Positions 33,105-46,677 of a stretch of DNA of 64,000 bases are shown here, piece by piece; positions within the stretch are counted from its first letter, which is position 1, and each line of letters opens with the position of its first letter. The notes below the pieces were generated by a model. That model did no database searches. It was given only the letters and a program-made list of their open reading frames with translations, and was not told the origin of the DNA. Location: NCBI GenBank assembly GCA_047967505.1, contig CM106538.1. One strand, given 5' to 3'. This stretch comes from Dipteris shenzhenensis. Its lineage: Eukaryota. The position numbers were made by a program, and so were the translations under genes.

Positions 33105-36100
33105 TGTGACGGAGAACCGGAGTGAGTAGAAGTAGGGAGTGAGGAGACACACACACAGTAGTCACACACCAGTGGGTGGGGATAAACAACGAGTGGTACC
33201 TCCCCAAGTACACACACTAGTATATATATCTGTGGATAAGACTAGGACCACTAAGTACCTAAGTACAATGTGTACTTAGCGTACTTAGTAGTACTAGAAT
33301 AAAAACTGTTACAGGGTGGCCAGTGCCTTTACCCCAACAACCTCCCACTTAAAGGCAATGTGCCCATAAGAGAGAGTAAAGAAAAAAAACAGCAATATAC
33401 ATCATCATGTACAAGACCAATTGGTCTGCTTATCCTATACCCATAAGCCGTCTGCAGTGTGCAAACCGCTCAGCAGCCAATCCTTTGGTCAACAGATCTG
33501 CTGGATTGTCATCAGTGTGAACTTTCACAAGCTGAAGTTGCTTGTTCTCAAGCACCTCCCTGATAAAATGATACTTCACGTCGATGTGCTTCGTCTTTGC
33601 ATGAAAAACAGGATTTCGTGCCAACTGTATGGCACTCTGACTGTCACAATGCAACAATGGAGTATCACTAGAGTAGCCCAAATCTGCCACTAGCCGAGAT
33701 AGCCATATAGCTTCCTTGCATGCCTCAGTGGCTGCAATATATTCAGCTTCTGTAGTAGACAGAGCAATGCACTGCTGCATTCTAGATACCCACGACACTG
33801 CACCTCCAGTGAAAGTGAAAACATATCCGGTAGTAGACTTCCGGGTATCAGGGTGACCGGCATAATCAGAGTCTGTATAACCCTGCACTTTTGCATCTTG
33901 ACTGCCGAAACATATACACAAGTCCTGCTCATGACACCTTTCACTGCATCCCAATGCTTCCTGCCAGGTTTAGCCATGTATCTACTAACCACTCCCACTG
34001 CAAACGCAATATCGGGCCTGGTTGCAACCATAGCATACATGAGACTGCCACACGCTGATGCATAACATGAGACTGCCACACGCTGATGCATACGGAATCT
34101 TTGACATCTCAGCCCTCTCGGCATCTGTCTGAGGGCTGTCCAAAGCACTGATTTTCACATAAGGAGGCAATGGAGTACCAATACTCTTCCCCCCCTCCAT
34201 GTGAAATCTCTGCAAGACCTTGCCAATGTATTCCTTCTGAGACAAGTATAGCAACCGCTTTTCCCTATCCCGAAGTATCCGCATGCCCAGTATATGGTTG
34301 GCATCACCAAGATCCTTCATATCAAAGGTTTGGTGCAATCTTTTCTTCAAGGCATTGATCTCCTTATGAGATTTTCCAGCAATCAACATATCATCCACAT
34401 ACAAAATGAGGATCAGTAAACTGCCATCTGAAGCTTTCTTGGTATACAAGCAGTGATCAATGTCACTTCTCCTATAACCTTGGATTCGCATGAATGTATC
34501 AAACTTATGATACCATTCTCTGGGTGCCTGCTTAAGACCATAAAGACTTTTCTTCAGTCTGCACACAAGCTTCTCCTTTCCCTTCACTCTAAAACCTTCT
34601 GGCTGCTGCATAAAAATCTCTTCATGTAAATCACCATGAAGAAATGCCGTCTTGACATCCATTTGGACCAAGTCCATATCTGCATGTGCAACCAATGCTA
34701 ATACAGTTCTGAGAGTTGTCATCTTAACGACAGGAGAGAATATCTCATCAAAGTCAACACCATATTCCTGCTTGAACCCCTTGGCAACCAGTCTGGCTTT
34801 ATGCCTTGGCTTTTCACCAGGTGTGACCTTAAGTCGATAAACCCATTTGCATGGCAGTACCTTCTTACCAGTAGGCAAGGATACCAATTCCCAAGTGCCA
34901 TTCTTGTGAAGACTGTCCATTTCAGACTTCATAGCAAGATCCCATTGAACCTTGTCTGCCCTCTGCCTAGCCTCTCTGTAGCATGAAGGCTCTCCACAAT
35001 CAGTGAGCATCAAATAATCAATGCCTGGAACAAATCTTTCTAGCTGCCGCGTCGGTCTGGTTGACCTTCTAACCCAATGACCATCGTCTTGAGCTGGCTG
35101 TCCAGCCTGTTCATCACCCAGATAAGGTGGCTGTCCCATGTCTCCTGGCTGCATTTGCATGTCAGGAAGATCACCTAACTGTGCCTCATCCATTGGGATG
35201 TCTTCTGCCATACCTGGCTGTCCATTAGGACCTGCTGCAGCATCATTTAATGGCTGGTTATGCTGCTGTTGTGGCTGATTTACAGCTTGTCTGTGTTGCC
35301 CATGATGCCTGTCATCATCAATAGTTACTTTTAAAGGTCCCTGCTGTACAACAGGTTCCTTGAACATGATGGTTTCATCAAACACGACATCATTGCTGCG
35401 TATAAGCTTTCTGTTCTTGGGATCCCAAATCCTGTAGCCCATCTCACCTTTGTCACCGTAACCTAGGAATATGCATTTAAGAGACTTTGGATCCAGTTTA
35501 GTTCTGTCCTCCCTGCGTACATGCACATACGCGACACAACCAAAGACCCGTAGGTGTTTGTAAGACGGAGGCTTACCCGTCCATGCCTGTTCAGGCACAC
35601 TGCCACAGTCTCTTGTTTGGTGACCTATTAATAAGGTGCACAGCTGTCTTTACAGCTTCAGCCCAAAATGTGTGGGGCAGTGCAGCATGTGACAACATGG
35701 ATCTGACTTTCTCTTGAATGGTCCTGAACATTTTTTCAGCGGTACCATTCTGTGGAGGATCATATGGTGCAGACAACACCCTTTGAATACCCTTTGCCTC
35801 ACAGAATTCTTGAAACTCTTTGGACAAATACTCTCCACCATTGTCAGATCGTAAAGCTTTCAGTTTATTGCCTGTCTCATTTTCGACCAGTGCAACAAAC
35901 TTAGTGAAAGCCTTGAACGTATCACTCTTCTTTTTGAGAGTGTAAACCCACACTTTGCGGGTGGCGTCATCTATGAATGACAGTATGTACTTAGAACCTC
36001 CTAAAGAGAGTGTAGGCATCTCACACACATCTGTATGTACAAGCTCCAAGAGCTGTAATTTTTGATCTGACCTTCTCTTATGAGGTATTTGTACTTGACG

Positions 36101-38586
36101 ACCGTAGAGACAAAATTCACATTTCTTTAAATCTGAAAATTTTAGACTCGGCAAGTAACCAAAATGAGCCAATTGCTCCATTCCCTTAATACTCATATGG
36201 CCAAGCCGGCTATGCCACAATGAAATCTTTGGCAGCTCGGCGGCATTTACATCGGAATGCGGACAATGTCCAGCATGAAGTGAATACAAAGTATCAACCT
36301 TAGGACCCCTGGCAATAGCCATTGCCCCTTTGCTGATTTTCCATTTCTGACTGCCAAAGGTGGTCTGATAACCATCGTCATCCAATAAACCTGTGGAAAT
36401 CAAGTTCTTCTTCACTTCAGGGACATGCTTGACTCCTTTGAGCATTAACTGTTGGCCATTTTCAAGAACAAGCCTGACATCACCTATGCCAATGATCGAA
36501 CATGCATGGTTATCACCAAGAAAGACAACTCCCTTCTGCCCTCCTGCATATCTGACAAACAGATCTCTGTAGGGTGTAACATGAAAGGAAGCACCTGAAT
36601 CTATAATCCAGGAAAGCATATCTGATCCATCACCAGCATGAAGTGTATGAGCCTCCAGTGAAGAGGTGAAACATATCTCACGTCCATTGTCACTGTCACT
36701 AACATAAGTAACATGCAGCTCCTCTTTTTCCTTGCCCTTAGACTTGCCTTGAGTCTTGCCTTCTTTGGCTCTCATGTCGTTCTTCTTTTGAAAACACTTT
36801 TTCTCAATATGTCCCTTCTTGCCGCAATAGTTGCATACAAGATCACTTTTAGAGCGGGACTTGCTCCTCTCTCTTTCTTTGTAGTTTCCACGTGTCTTGG
36901 ACCTGCTGCGTGCATTCAAAGCATTCGACTTCCCAACAGCATTGTTCTTTCTGTTCATCTCTTCCTGTAGAAGAGCACTCTCCACATCTGCAAATAACAG
37001 AATGACATTTGAGTTGCTGGTAGAAGTCCTGAATGTGTCCCATGACTCAGGTAGAGAACATAGGATGAGTGTAGCTTTCAGCTCATCATCGAGCTTCAAC
37101 CCCTGGTTGATCACCTGGCTGAATATGCTGTTAAACTCAATAATATGAGTGGACATAGGTGTCCCCTCCTTCATTTGAAGACCGACAAGCTTTTTCAGCC
37201 AGTAAGCTTTTCCCGTGGCACTTTTCTTGGCATAAGTATCCTCAAGACGTTGCCACATCCTCCACGCAGTAGGTTCATCCCTGATGCCTACAACTAGTGA
37301 ATCAACAACTGTAAGCATAATGGTCGACATGGCCAAGTTGTCCATCTTCTCCCACTGCTCATCAGTAACGTTGGAGGGCTTAACACCCTTCTCCTTTATA
37401 GGCTTGTACTGGTCCTTCTGCATCAGCACATTGTAGCATTGTGTCCTCCATATGTCGTAGTTTTTAGCTCCTTCGAGCTTCTTTATCTGGAACAAGGACG
37501 ACACGTCGCTGCCGGAACTCATGGTAAAGAAAGTAGAGTTTGTTCCTCAATGGAACCGCCTGACTCCCTGTAGGCGTGCAATTAAGCACCAGTCACTCCA
37601 AGAAAATTCTCCCGCAGCGGAAGTACGATCAAAAGTGAACTTGGTACTGTTTCAGTGGCATAAAACCAACTGAAAGTCTTTCTCCCACTTGCTGCAGAAA
37701 CAGTACAGCAAGCTGTTCCTGTCTTTTCGCTGGCGAAAGTGCGGTACGGCTGCGTCAAATCGCTCCAGAAAAATCCCAGAACTGATATAATAAAAAACAG
37801 CAGTACTTTTTGACTTTTTTTTTTTTTAAAGTCAAATATGGTCAAACCTGCTGTTTGACAGTCCCGGACTGTCAAAAAACAGTAAATCTCTGATTTTTTG
37901 ATGAAAATCCCTGATTTTAGACCTCCATATGCTCCAGAAACTTCCCCCCCAACTGAATTTACAGTTTGGAAGTGAGGTGGCTCAAAAGCCCTTTGAATGC
38001 ATGAAGAAAATCAGAGATTTGACCTCCAATCTGGAAAAGATTGACCTTTGACCAAACACTGTAAGTCAAATTTGCACTTTCAAAGCATAGTAGTGCTCCA
38101 CGAGATAGTCTGATCCATGTAGAGTGCTCCCACTTGACAAATTGCCGGTCAGGCAACAAAAGCCCCAAATTTGACGAAAGTCAAACTTGGTCAAAATCGA
38201 CCAAATCTGTACCAAATGTGGTTGTACTTTCAGCAACAAGTTAAAGCATATGTCCCACGCACAATAGCATCAAAAGCCCCTTGAATTGACGGCACATTCC
38301 GTGCATTAACACAGTATATGGCATCAAGTGCTACTGCTCACAAGGCATGTGACTGCACGTCCATTGACTTGCATTCAAAAAAACATACGCTGCATATGTC
38401 AACACAGATCTGACCAATGCATATACCAGTGCCAACACTGTGTACAATCACTGGCCAAGTGATAAGACCTGTCTCAACACTGTTTGCGGCATAAGCTAAG
38501 CCTCAGTGCGAGTGTAAGCCCTGCCCAAGTAGAACACCTGTACGTGCAAGTTTGCAGTACGAGGTACGAAAGCCTATGATGCCGGC
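33105..38586 (-). mobile_element. Ty1/copia element B (leader, gag-pol, PPT, 3' LTR 33105-33339); 5' LTR and PBS missing
   Basis: Same domain set as A. PPT at 33340-33352; LTR TGTTGGGGTAAAGGCAC...CCGTCACA on the minus strand. Confidence 0.93.
33430..37522 (-). pseudogene. Copia B gag-pol (nearly intact, a few frameshifts)
   Basis: ORFs of 643, 537 and 174 aa. Frameshift near 35600, a 28-bp tandem duplication near 34038-34093, and a small lesion near 33930. Confidence 0.92.
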
Positions 38587-41500
38587 CTGAGTCTCTCTCT
38601 CTCTCTCAAGCCCTCCTACCTCTCACTGCCCCTTGTCCCCTCAAATTGGGGGCTCACAAGTGGGCACAGTGAGTTTCTAACACCCCCCCTCAATGTCACA
38701 ACTGTAGGCCAATCCCCATTTGTTTGATGAGGTGCTCCATCTGTTCTCGAGGAAGTGCCTTCGTGAAGAGGTCAGACAAGTCCTCGGCGGTCGGGCAGTA
38801 CATAAGCTCGATCACGTCGTCGATAATGAGCTCTCGAACAAAGTGGTAATGAACTTCGATGTGCTTGGTCCGTGCATGGTACACTGGATTCTTGGCAATG
38901 GCTATGTGATTGTCGCACATCAGCACTGTTGCATCCTCTTGACACACGCCCATGTCCTCCAGAATCCACCTCAACCACAGTGTCTCACAAGCTGCTGTAC
39001 ACGCGGCTCTGTACTCTACCTCTGTAGATGAAAGGGCCACTATGGGTTGCTTCTTACTCAGCCAAGAGATGGCACCAGATGCAAGTAAAAAACAATACCC
39101 TATTGTGGATCTCCTGGTGTCAGCATCACCCGCCCAATCACTGTCACAAAACCCGCCTAGTTCGATGCCTTTGGTATAGGTGATCCCGTAGGTGCAAGTA
39201 CCCTTTAGATACCTCAGCACCCGTAAACCTGCATCCCAATGACTCTTCCTTGGAGAAGCAGAGAACTAGCATAATAGCCCAACTGCATAACAAATATCAG
39301 GTCGAGCATTGGTAAGGTAAAGCAAACTTCCTACCAATCGTCAGTACAAAGGAGTATCAACCGGCTGAGATGTGTCGTGAACACTTAGCTTGAGCCCGAC
39401 CTCCATGGGAGTTACTGCTGTCCTGCAATCCTCCATCTGAAATCTCTTCAGAAGTTCTCTGTAATATTTCTCCTGTGAAATGAAGATCCTGTCTTTGGCC
39501 TGCTTTACTTCTATCCCAAGGAAGTAGTGTAATAACCCAAGGTCAGTCATCTCAAACTCAGACATGAGTAGCTCCTTGACCTGAGAAATCTTCTTGACAT
39601 GGTCACCTGTCAAGATAAGATCATCAACATAGAGGATGAGTACCAATCGCAACCCCTTCTCAATGAACAAGTAGAGGTTTGCCTCAGAAGGGCTCCGACT
39701 TAGCCCTATCTTCTGAAAGAATACATCAATCCTTTGGTACCAAGCTCTGGGGGCCTGTTTCAGCCTGCATAGCACCTCTTCAACTTGCAGACCTTTAATG
39801 GGGACCCTGGATCTTGAAAGCCTGGTGGCTGCTCTACGTATACCCCCTCCTCTAGGGTTCCATTAAGGAATGCGGACTTCACGTCCATTTGAAAAATAGG
39901 CCACTGGAATTGGGCAGCAAGAGCAATCACTGTCCGGATAGTAACCATGCGAGCTGTGGGAGCAAAAGTTTCATCAAAATCCATGCCTTCAGTTTGAGCA
40001 AAACCTTTGACCACTAACCTTGCTTTATACTTATCCAAGCTGCCGTCTGATTTGTATTTAAGTTTGTATACCCACTTAGTGCCGATGACTTTCCGTCGCA
40101 GGGGCCTGGCCACTAAGTCCAAGGTATTGTTCTTCAAGATAGCATCCATCTCTGCCTACATGCCAGCCTGCCATTATGGATGATCCTTCGCCTCCTCGTA
40201 GGTCCTTGGCCCTTCAAGCTGAGCCACCAACGCAAAATTCACGGATGGGGTCTTCTGAAGACGTTGGGACCGTCGCAATCCAAAACTGTTACTCTCAAGT
40301 ATTTCGGTGACCCAAGAGTCTTCCAATGTCCGTAGATATCATTCGGGCAACCTCTTCTGCTTCTCAGTGGGAGGAGGAACTGGAACTGCTTCTGGAACAT
40401 CCTGCTCTTCCTCAGTACCTTGTGGAACATTGGCTTCCGATTTCGCCACCTCTTGGATGGTCAACCTGGGGCGGGGTGGGTTCAGGGTTGAACAATCTCC
40501 TCCTCCTCAATCTGAGGCTCCTCCTGGGGTTCAGGTTCATTTTCCTCGAAGACAACATCCCGACTGATAAGGATCTGCTTCTTTACTGGGTCGAAGAGTT
40601 GATAGGCCTTGGATTCTTCGCTGTACCCAACAAAGATACATTTTCTGCTCCGGGAATCAAGCTTGGTCCTGTCTTCCTTGTGCACATGCACCCATGCGTT
40701 AGAACCAAAAATGCGAAGATGAGTGATAGAGGGCTTCTTACCAAAAAATGCCTCATATGGAGTCTTGTCCTTGACGGCCTTCGTCTTGGTCCTGTTGAGA
40801 ATGCGTACGGCTGTATTGATAGCTTCACTCCAATAGACTTTAGAAAGGTTCCTACCTCGAAGCATAGCAAGCCCTGTCTCCATGGTGGTTCTATGCTTCC
40901 TCTCGGCTACCCCGTTTTGCTGAGAAGTATGTGCTGTGGTGAGTTGTCGCTTGATCCCATGCTTGCGACAAAATATGTTGAAGTCATTTGAGGTGAATTC
41001 ACCCCCCTATTTGTACAGAACGTCTTGACATCCTCCCCTGTCTCCTTTTCAACTCTACCCTTCCAGTCCTTGAACTTCTCAAAAGCCTGTGACTTTTTGG
41101 CCAAGCAATACACCCAGGTCATTCTATTGAAATCATCCACAAAGAGAAGTGAGTACCTGGATCCTGCCCACGATGCTGTAGACATTGGGCCACAAATGTC
41201 GGCATGAACCAACTCAAGTGGTTTGCTGGCCCGAAACGAGGCCTCTTGTGGGAACTTATCCCTGTGCTGCTTGCCTTCTAGACAAGCCCTACAGACACCA
41301 TCCTTACCTATAATTGGTGGAAGTCCATCCACCATCTTCGACTTTGACATTTCAGCCAAGGTTCCATAGCTGGCGTCATCGAAGCGCTCATGCCAAAGTT
41401 TGGGCTTTCCGTTGTCTTCATGAACCAACATTGCACTGAGGCGGTACAATCCGTTCTCTTCAACTCCTTGAGCCACCATATGTCCATTTGCTTTGCATGT

Positions 41501-44500
41501 CACGGTGACCTTGCCATCTTGAAAGAGAACTGCCATGTTGTTTTTGTTCATCTGACTTACAAACAGTAAGTTCTTGCAAAGATTGGGTACATAAAGTACT
41601 CTTGAGATATCCTTCTCCTCACCCGTTGTTATAATGAAAGGAATGCTACCGATGCCCTTCACAGGACACGTTACCGATGCCCTTCACAGGACACGTCCAG
41701 CTATCCCCGACAGAAACTTTGGAATCCGGGTGTATCCTTTCCATGGTTTTGAACCAAGTCTTTCTGTTAGACATGTGCTTTGAAGCACCGCTGTCAACAT
41801 ACCAACCCTATTTTCCTTCACTGACTGCATACGCTGAACAAAGTTCATTGATTAAAAACAACTGTCCAGTCGTCACATTGGCAGAATCATTCTTAGGCTC
41901 TTCTTTGTTCCTGGCTTCTGTGATGTGCACGGATTTGTATCCGGGTACACAAGACTAGCTCAGGTAGCCTGGGGAGGCTTAGAGCTAGGCAGGCTTGATG
42001 GGTTGAGTGACAAGGGTACGAACCAATTAGAGGTCTTCGCTATTTTTGGCACTTAGGGCCCGAGTCTATATAAAGGGCCAAGAGGTTCAGTTCTCAGAGA
42101 GCCGATGGGAGCAAGTCTCGTTTCCAAGTGCTAGGTCTGCTCCTGGATTGAGTCGTGGACGCGCGCCTGCATCATACCGTAGCCCAAGGCCCAGCAGCAG
42201 AGCTTCACAGCACCACCTCGTAATATGGGACACCAGGCTGGTTAGGATCTAGTTGGGAGTTTGTGCCAGTGGCTCAACTCGTGGCTCGAAGGGGACATCT
42301 CTTGATTCGGGATCACATCTCGTAGATGTCATGGTTGGGTGGTGAGCAGCCTGCTCAGTTTTCTCATGTTGGTGTGTTCTTGTGTTTGCTTGCAAATCCA
42401 AAGTTTCAGGAGTGCTCGGATTGTGTCAGTTGGTATCAGAGCCAACTCCTGAGGTAGGAACTTTTGTTGCGAGAATTTTGGACGATTTTTTTTCTCCAGG
42501 TATGCCCTAATTTCGAAATTCATGTTCAGTACCCTGCAAGTGCTTGTTTGGTTCATCGGTTTTGGGAAGTGGTTAAGATTAGGCAAAGAAGGTAGGAGAA
42601 AGCAGAGGGTGAGTGAATTCGGAACTGAGGCGTTAGGTAAGAGAGAGAACGAGGTGTAACTTGGAGGGCCAGCGAACGATTGCAGGGGAGAGAGATTGTA
42701 GGTGAGAAGCGCTCATAGGAGTGAAGATATGGGCTGATCGTTGGTAAGCGATGGGCTGAGGCGGAGCTTCAGTTGCACCTAGGTATGGTCGGACTGAGCA
42801 GAGACCCGGAGAGCGCCATAGGCTGGAGCAGTTCATTAGAGCAGCTCGCAGCCAAGGGGTGAGTCATGGGGTGCGCCATGGGTGGGAGCAGATCGCAGGC
42901 AAGGCTGTGCTAATTCGGGGGAGGTCTGGATGCTAAAAAAAGCACCAGCCCTCCAACTTAGGAGGGTGGGCTTTTTTGCTAAAAACAGCACCACCTCTCC
43001 AACTTAGGAGGGTGGGTTTTTTTTTTGACAGCTGAACTCTCTCAGAGTTGCGCCCACCTATTCTAGAGCATAGCGCGGCAGCAGCTCCTCCCCTTCTCAT
43101 GATCTGTGCGCAAGTCTCTACCCCTCTACGCCCCTCTTGACGATTCCTCTCAGGTACCGCCTGCTGCAGATTTTCGTGCAGGCCAGCAAGGAGCTCGGCT
43201 CCTGGATGGACAGCCTCCGCCAGCCCCTTCTTCTTTCGACCAGCCAGCCTCTTTCTCTCATCCCCTTCTGTTTCGTCAGATTTTCTCTCTGTTCCACTCT
43301 CCTAGTTTCAAGCCCACCTGTCCCTTCTCTTCTCTCAGCCTATTTTCTTCATCAGATTCGATTCAGTTATGGCTGATTCTGTAGACCCTGAGCTTGCGAT
43401 GGGAGACTAGGATATCAACTACCATGCGGAGGATCATGAGGGTCTCTACGATGATCTGATTACGAAAAAAGCCTTCAGTGAATCCACCACTGCTCTTGAT
43501 GGAAAGTTTGAGCAGGTTAACACGAATCAAATGGGGTTGACACAGCAACTCCAAGGGATTCAGACTACACTCACACTTTTGACTAGCACTGTTGAGGCGC
43601 TCACGCATGTGGATGCCATGGCTTCAGTGTTAGGTCCGAACATCACTCCAGATCCTTTCCCCCGAGACCACAAGTCTCGTACCAAGGAGGTTGTTGACAC
43701 TTGGTTGCACAAGTGGCAAGTACACTTCCAGTTTCACCCTTATCCAGATGACAAGAAAATACAGCTTGTAGCCAAGTTTATGTCAAGAAAGGCTTTATTG
43801 TGGTGAAAGAAACCCCAACCCAAGCCTACAACATGGATAGAATTTGAAGGGGTCTTCAAGAAAGAGTTTCCGAAGAAGGAGGAAGATTATGATATCGTAG
43901 GCAAGCTCAAAGCCCTCGATATGTCCAAGCTGAATTTGACTTTTGAGGTTTATCTTCAGAGGTTTCGGGATTTGCAGACAAGAGCTACAAAGATGGATCC
44001 AGTGACCTTGTTGGGTTTCTTTGTGGATGGTTTGCCTGACTCGTACAAGTTACAGATCAAGAACAACAAGTGTACCACGTTGCAAGAGGCCATGAATTAC
44101 GCGCGCATTTATGATGATACCATGGCCAGCGCAAAGGGAACCACAGTAGCCGACACAGGTGGAAAGAACAAGAGGAAGTTCTTCCAGTCTACCACTGGTA
44201 CCGGGGAGTCAAAGTCTATAGACAACGCCTCCAAGAAACATTTGACTCCGGTGAAGAATGGTCGTGCCTGTTTCCTTCGTACCTTAAAGCTAAAGAAAGA
44301 GGGACGTTGCTTCATCTGCGAGGAGCCGGGCCACACTAAGAATGATTGTCCTAAGCGCAAGAACCAGAAGCAAGCGCTGGGACCGAAGCTCTATGCGGGT
44401 CCGGGTACCAAAGCTAGGGGAGCTAATCAAGTTTCGATGATAGGTATTTCTGTGAATGTCATTACCTGCCCACTTTCTTGCAATTGCACTTTTAATACTT

Positions 44501-46677
44501 CGTTATTTGGTTCCCATGATCTTTTCCGAGTTTATGGAGAAGTTAGTGACCAAAGAGTTCACATTCTCTTTGACCCGGACAGCTCTCACAACTTTGTTAA
44601 TTACAAACTTTTGCAGAAGATGGGGCTGTCCACGATACCTAGCGATCACACCTATGAGGTGCAGCGTCCAGCTGGGAAGCAATTTTGGGATCGCAAGATT
44701 GAAGCGCTTTCTATCCGGATTCAAGATTACGCAGCGGCTCTTACATGCTATGTCATGCACTTGGAGCATGTGGACTTGTTAATCGGAATAGAGTGGTTTA
44801 AAACCCACGATATTTGGATTGGATGGAAGGACCATACTCTTTCTTTTTTGGATAAGGACACCCGATTTTGTATTCAGTGTGATAACATTCCCTCTTCTCA
44901 GGGACCTATTGTATCTACGATGCAGCTTCGGAATATATTAAACACTTCTCAGTATGATGTCTATCAGTGTGTTTTGATTCCGCTTTCTTCATTTGTTGTC
45001 TCTGTTAATAACAAGAATGATTTAAGTGTGTTTGAACACCGTGAATTGAGAACGTTGTTAGATGATTTCATGGACGTATTCCCTGTTCAACTGCCGGAAG
45101 GTTTATCTCCAGAGCGGGCAGTAGATCATCGCATAGACTTAGTACCTGGGGCTCAACCTATTAGTGTTCCACCTTATAGGATGAGCCAGCTTGAGGAGGA
45201 TGAGTTAGCTTCACAGCTACAGGATTATTTGAATATGGGCTATATTCGCCCAAGTAAATCACCTTGGGGAGCACATGTCCTCTTAAGAAAGAAGAAAGAT
45301 GCTACATGGAGAATGTGTATAGATTATAAACGATTGAATAAAGTGACAATTAAGAATCGATACCCTCTACCTCGTTCCGATGATCTAATAGACCGTTTGG
45401 CTGGAGCGAAGTATTTCACTAAGATTGATTTGCGTACGGGTTATCACCAAATCCGTATCTATGCTAAACACATAGATAGAACCGCATTCCAAACTAGGTA
45501 TGGCCACTACGAGTTTCTTGTATTACCTTTTGGTTTGACCAATGCTCCTGCCACCTTCTAGCAAATGATGAACGATTTGTTCCGAGATTTTCTGGGAAAA
45601 TTCGCTGTAGTGTTCTTAGATGACATCTTGGTATATAGCCGAACGCTAGAGGATCACATAGGACACCTCCGGATTGTCTTAGTTATTCTAAGACAGCATA
45701 AACTCTATGCCAAGATGAGTAAATGTGACTTCTTTATGAAAGAGATCATTTACTTAGGACACAAGATTTCTTCTGAAGGTATTAGCATTGATCTGGATCG
45801 TATCCAAAAGGTTTTAAAATGGCCTATCCCTCAAACTGTGAAACAACTTCGTTCTTTCCTAGGATTTACGGTATTTCTACAAAAGTCTGTGCGTGATTAT
45901 TCACACATCACGGCACCCCTGACAAACATATTAAAAGGTCGTGGACGCAGGTCTACCCAACCGATCTCTTGGAATGATGCATTGAACAAGGCTTTTGAAA
46001 CCTTGAAGTTTTCTATCAAGGAAGCACCCGTTCTTGCATTACCCGATCCTACCCGGCCTTATGTTTTAGAGGCCAATGCGAGTGATTTTGTGATTGGGGC
46101 AGCCTTATTCCAAGAGGACAGACCTGTAGCTTTTGAGAGTAAGAAGCTGGACGACACCCAATATCGTTGGCCCAAAAGAACTCTATGCAATAGTATATGG
46201 CCTGAAGGTTTGGAGACACTACTTGTATGGTTCGAAGTTTCTTGTATTGACCGATCATCAGTCAATCAAGTATGTGTGTGATAGGTCTGAATTGAGGGGA
46301 CGGAAAGCTAGATGGGCAGAATTAATGCAAGATTTTGATTTTGAAATACATTATCGCAAGGGTTCGTTAAATAGTGTGGCAGATGCCTTAACGCGAGTCA
46401 AGTTTATAAATGCTATGTCATTTACAGAAATATCCTCAGACCTATTTCAATCCTTGAGAGGACCTTGCGCAACTGATAGTCATTTCAGTTCTTATTGGCA
46501 GAAAGTCCAAGATGGGAGCTCCATGGTTGACCAAGACTCAGCGATTGTGCCCCCTACGTTACAGGCGGCGGGAGGTCAGTGGATGATTTGGAACAGCTTG
46601 CTGTTCCGGAATGGAAAGATTTGTGTGCCAGATGTTCTGGAACTTCGATCCAAGATTCTCTGGGAGTGTCACGATGC

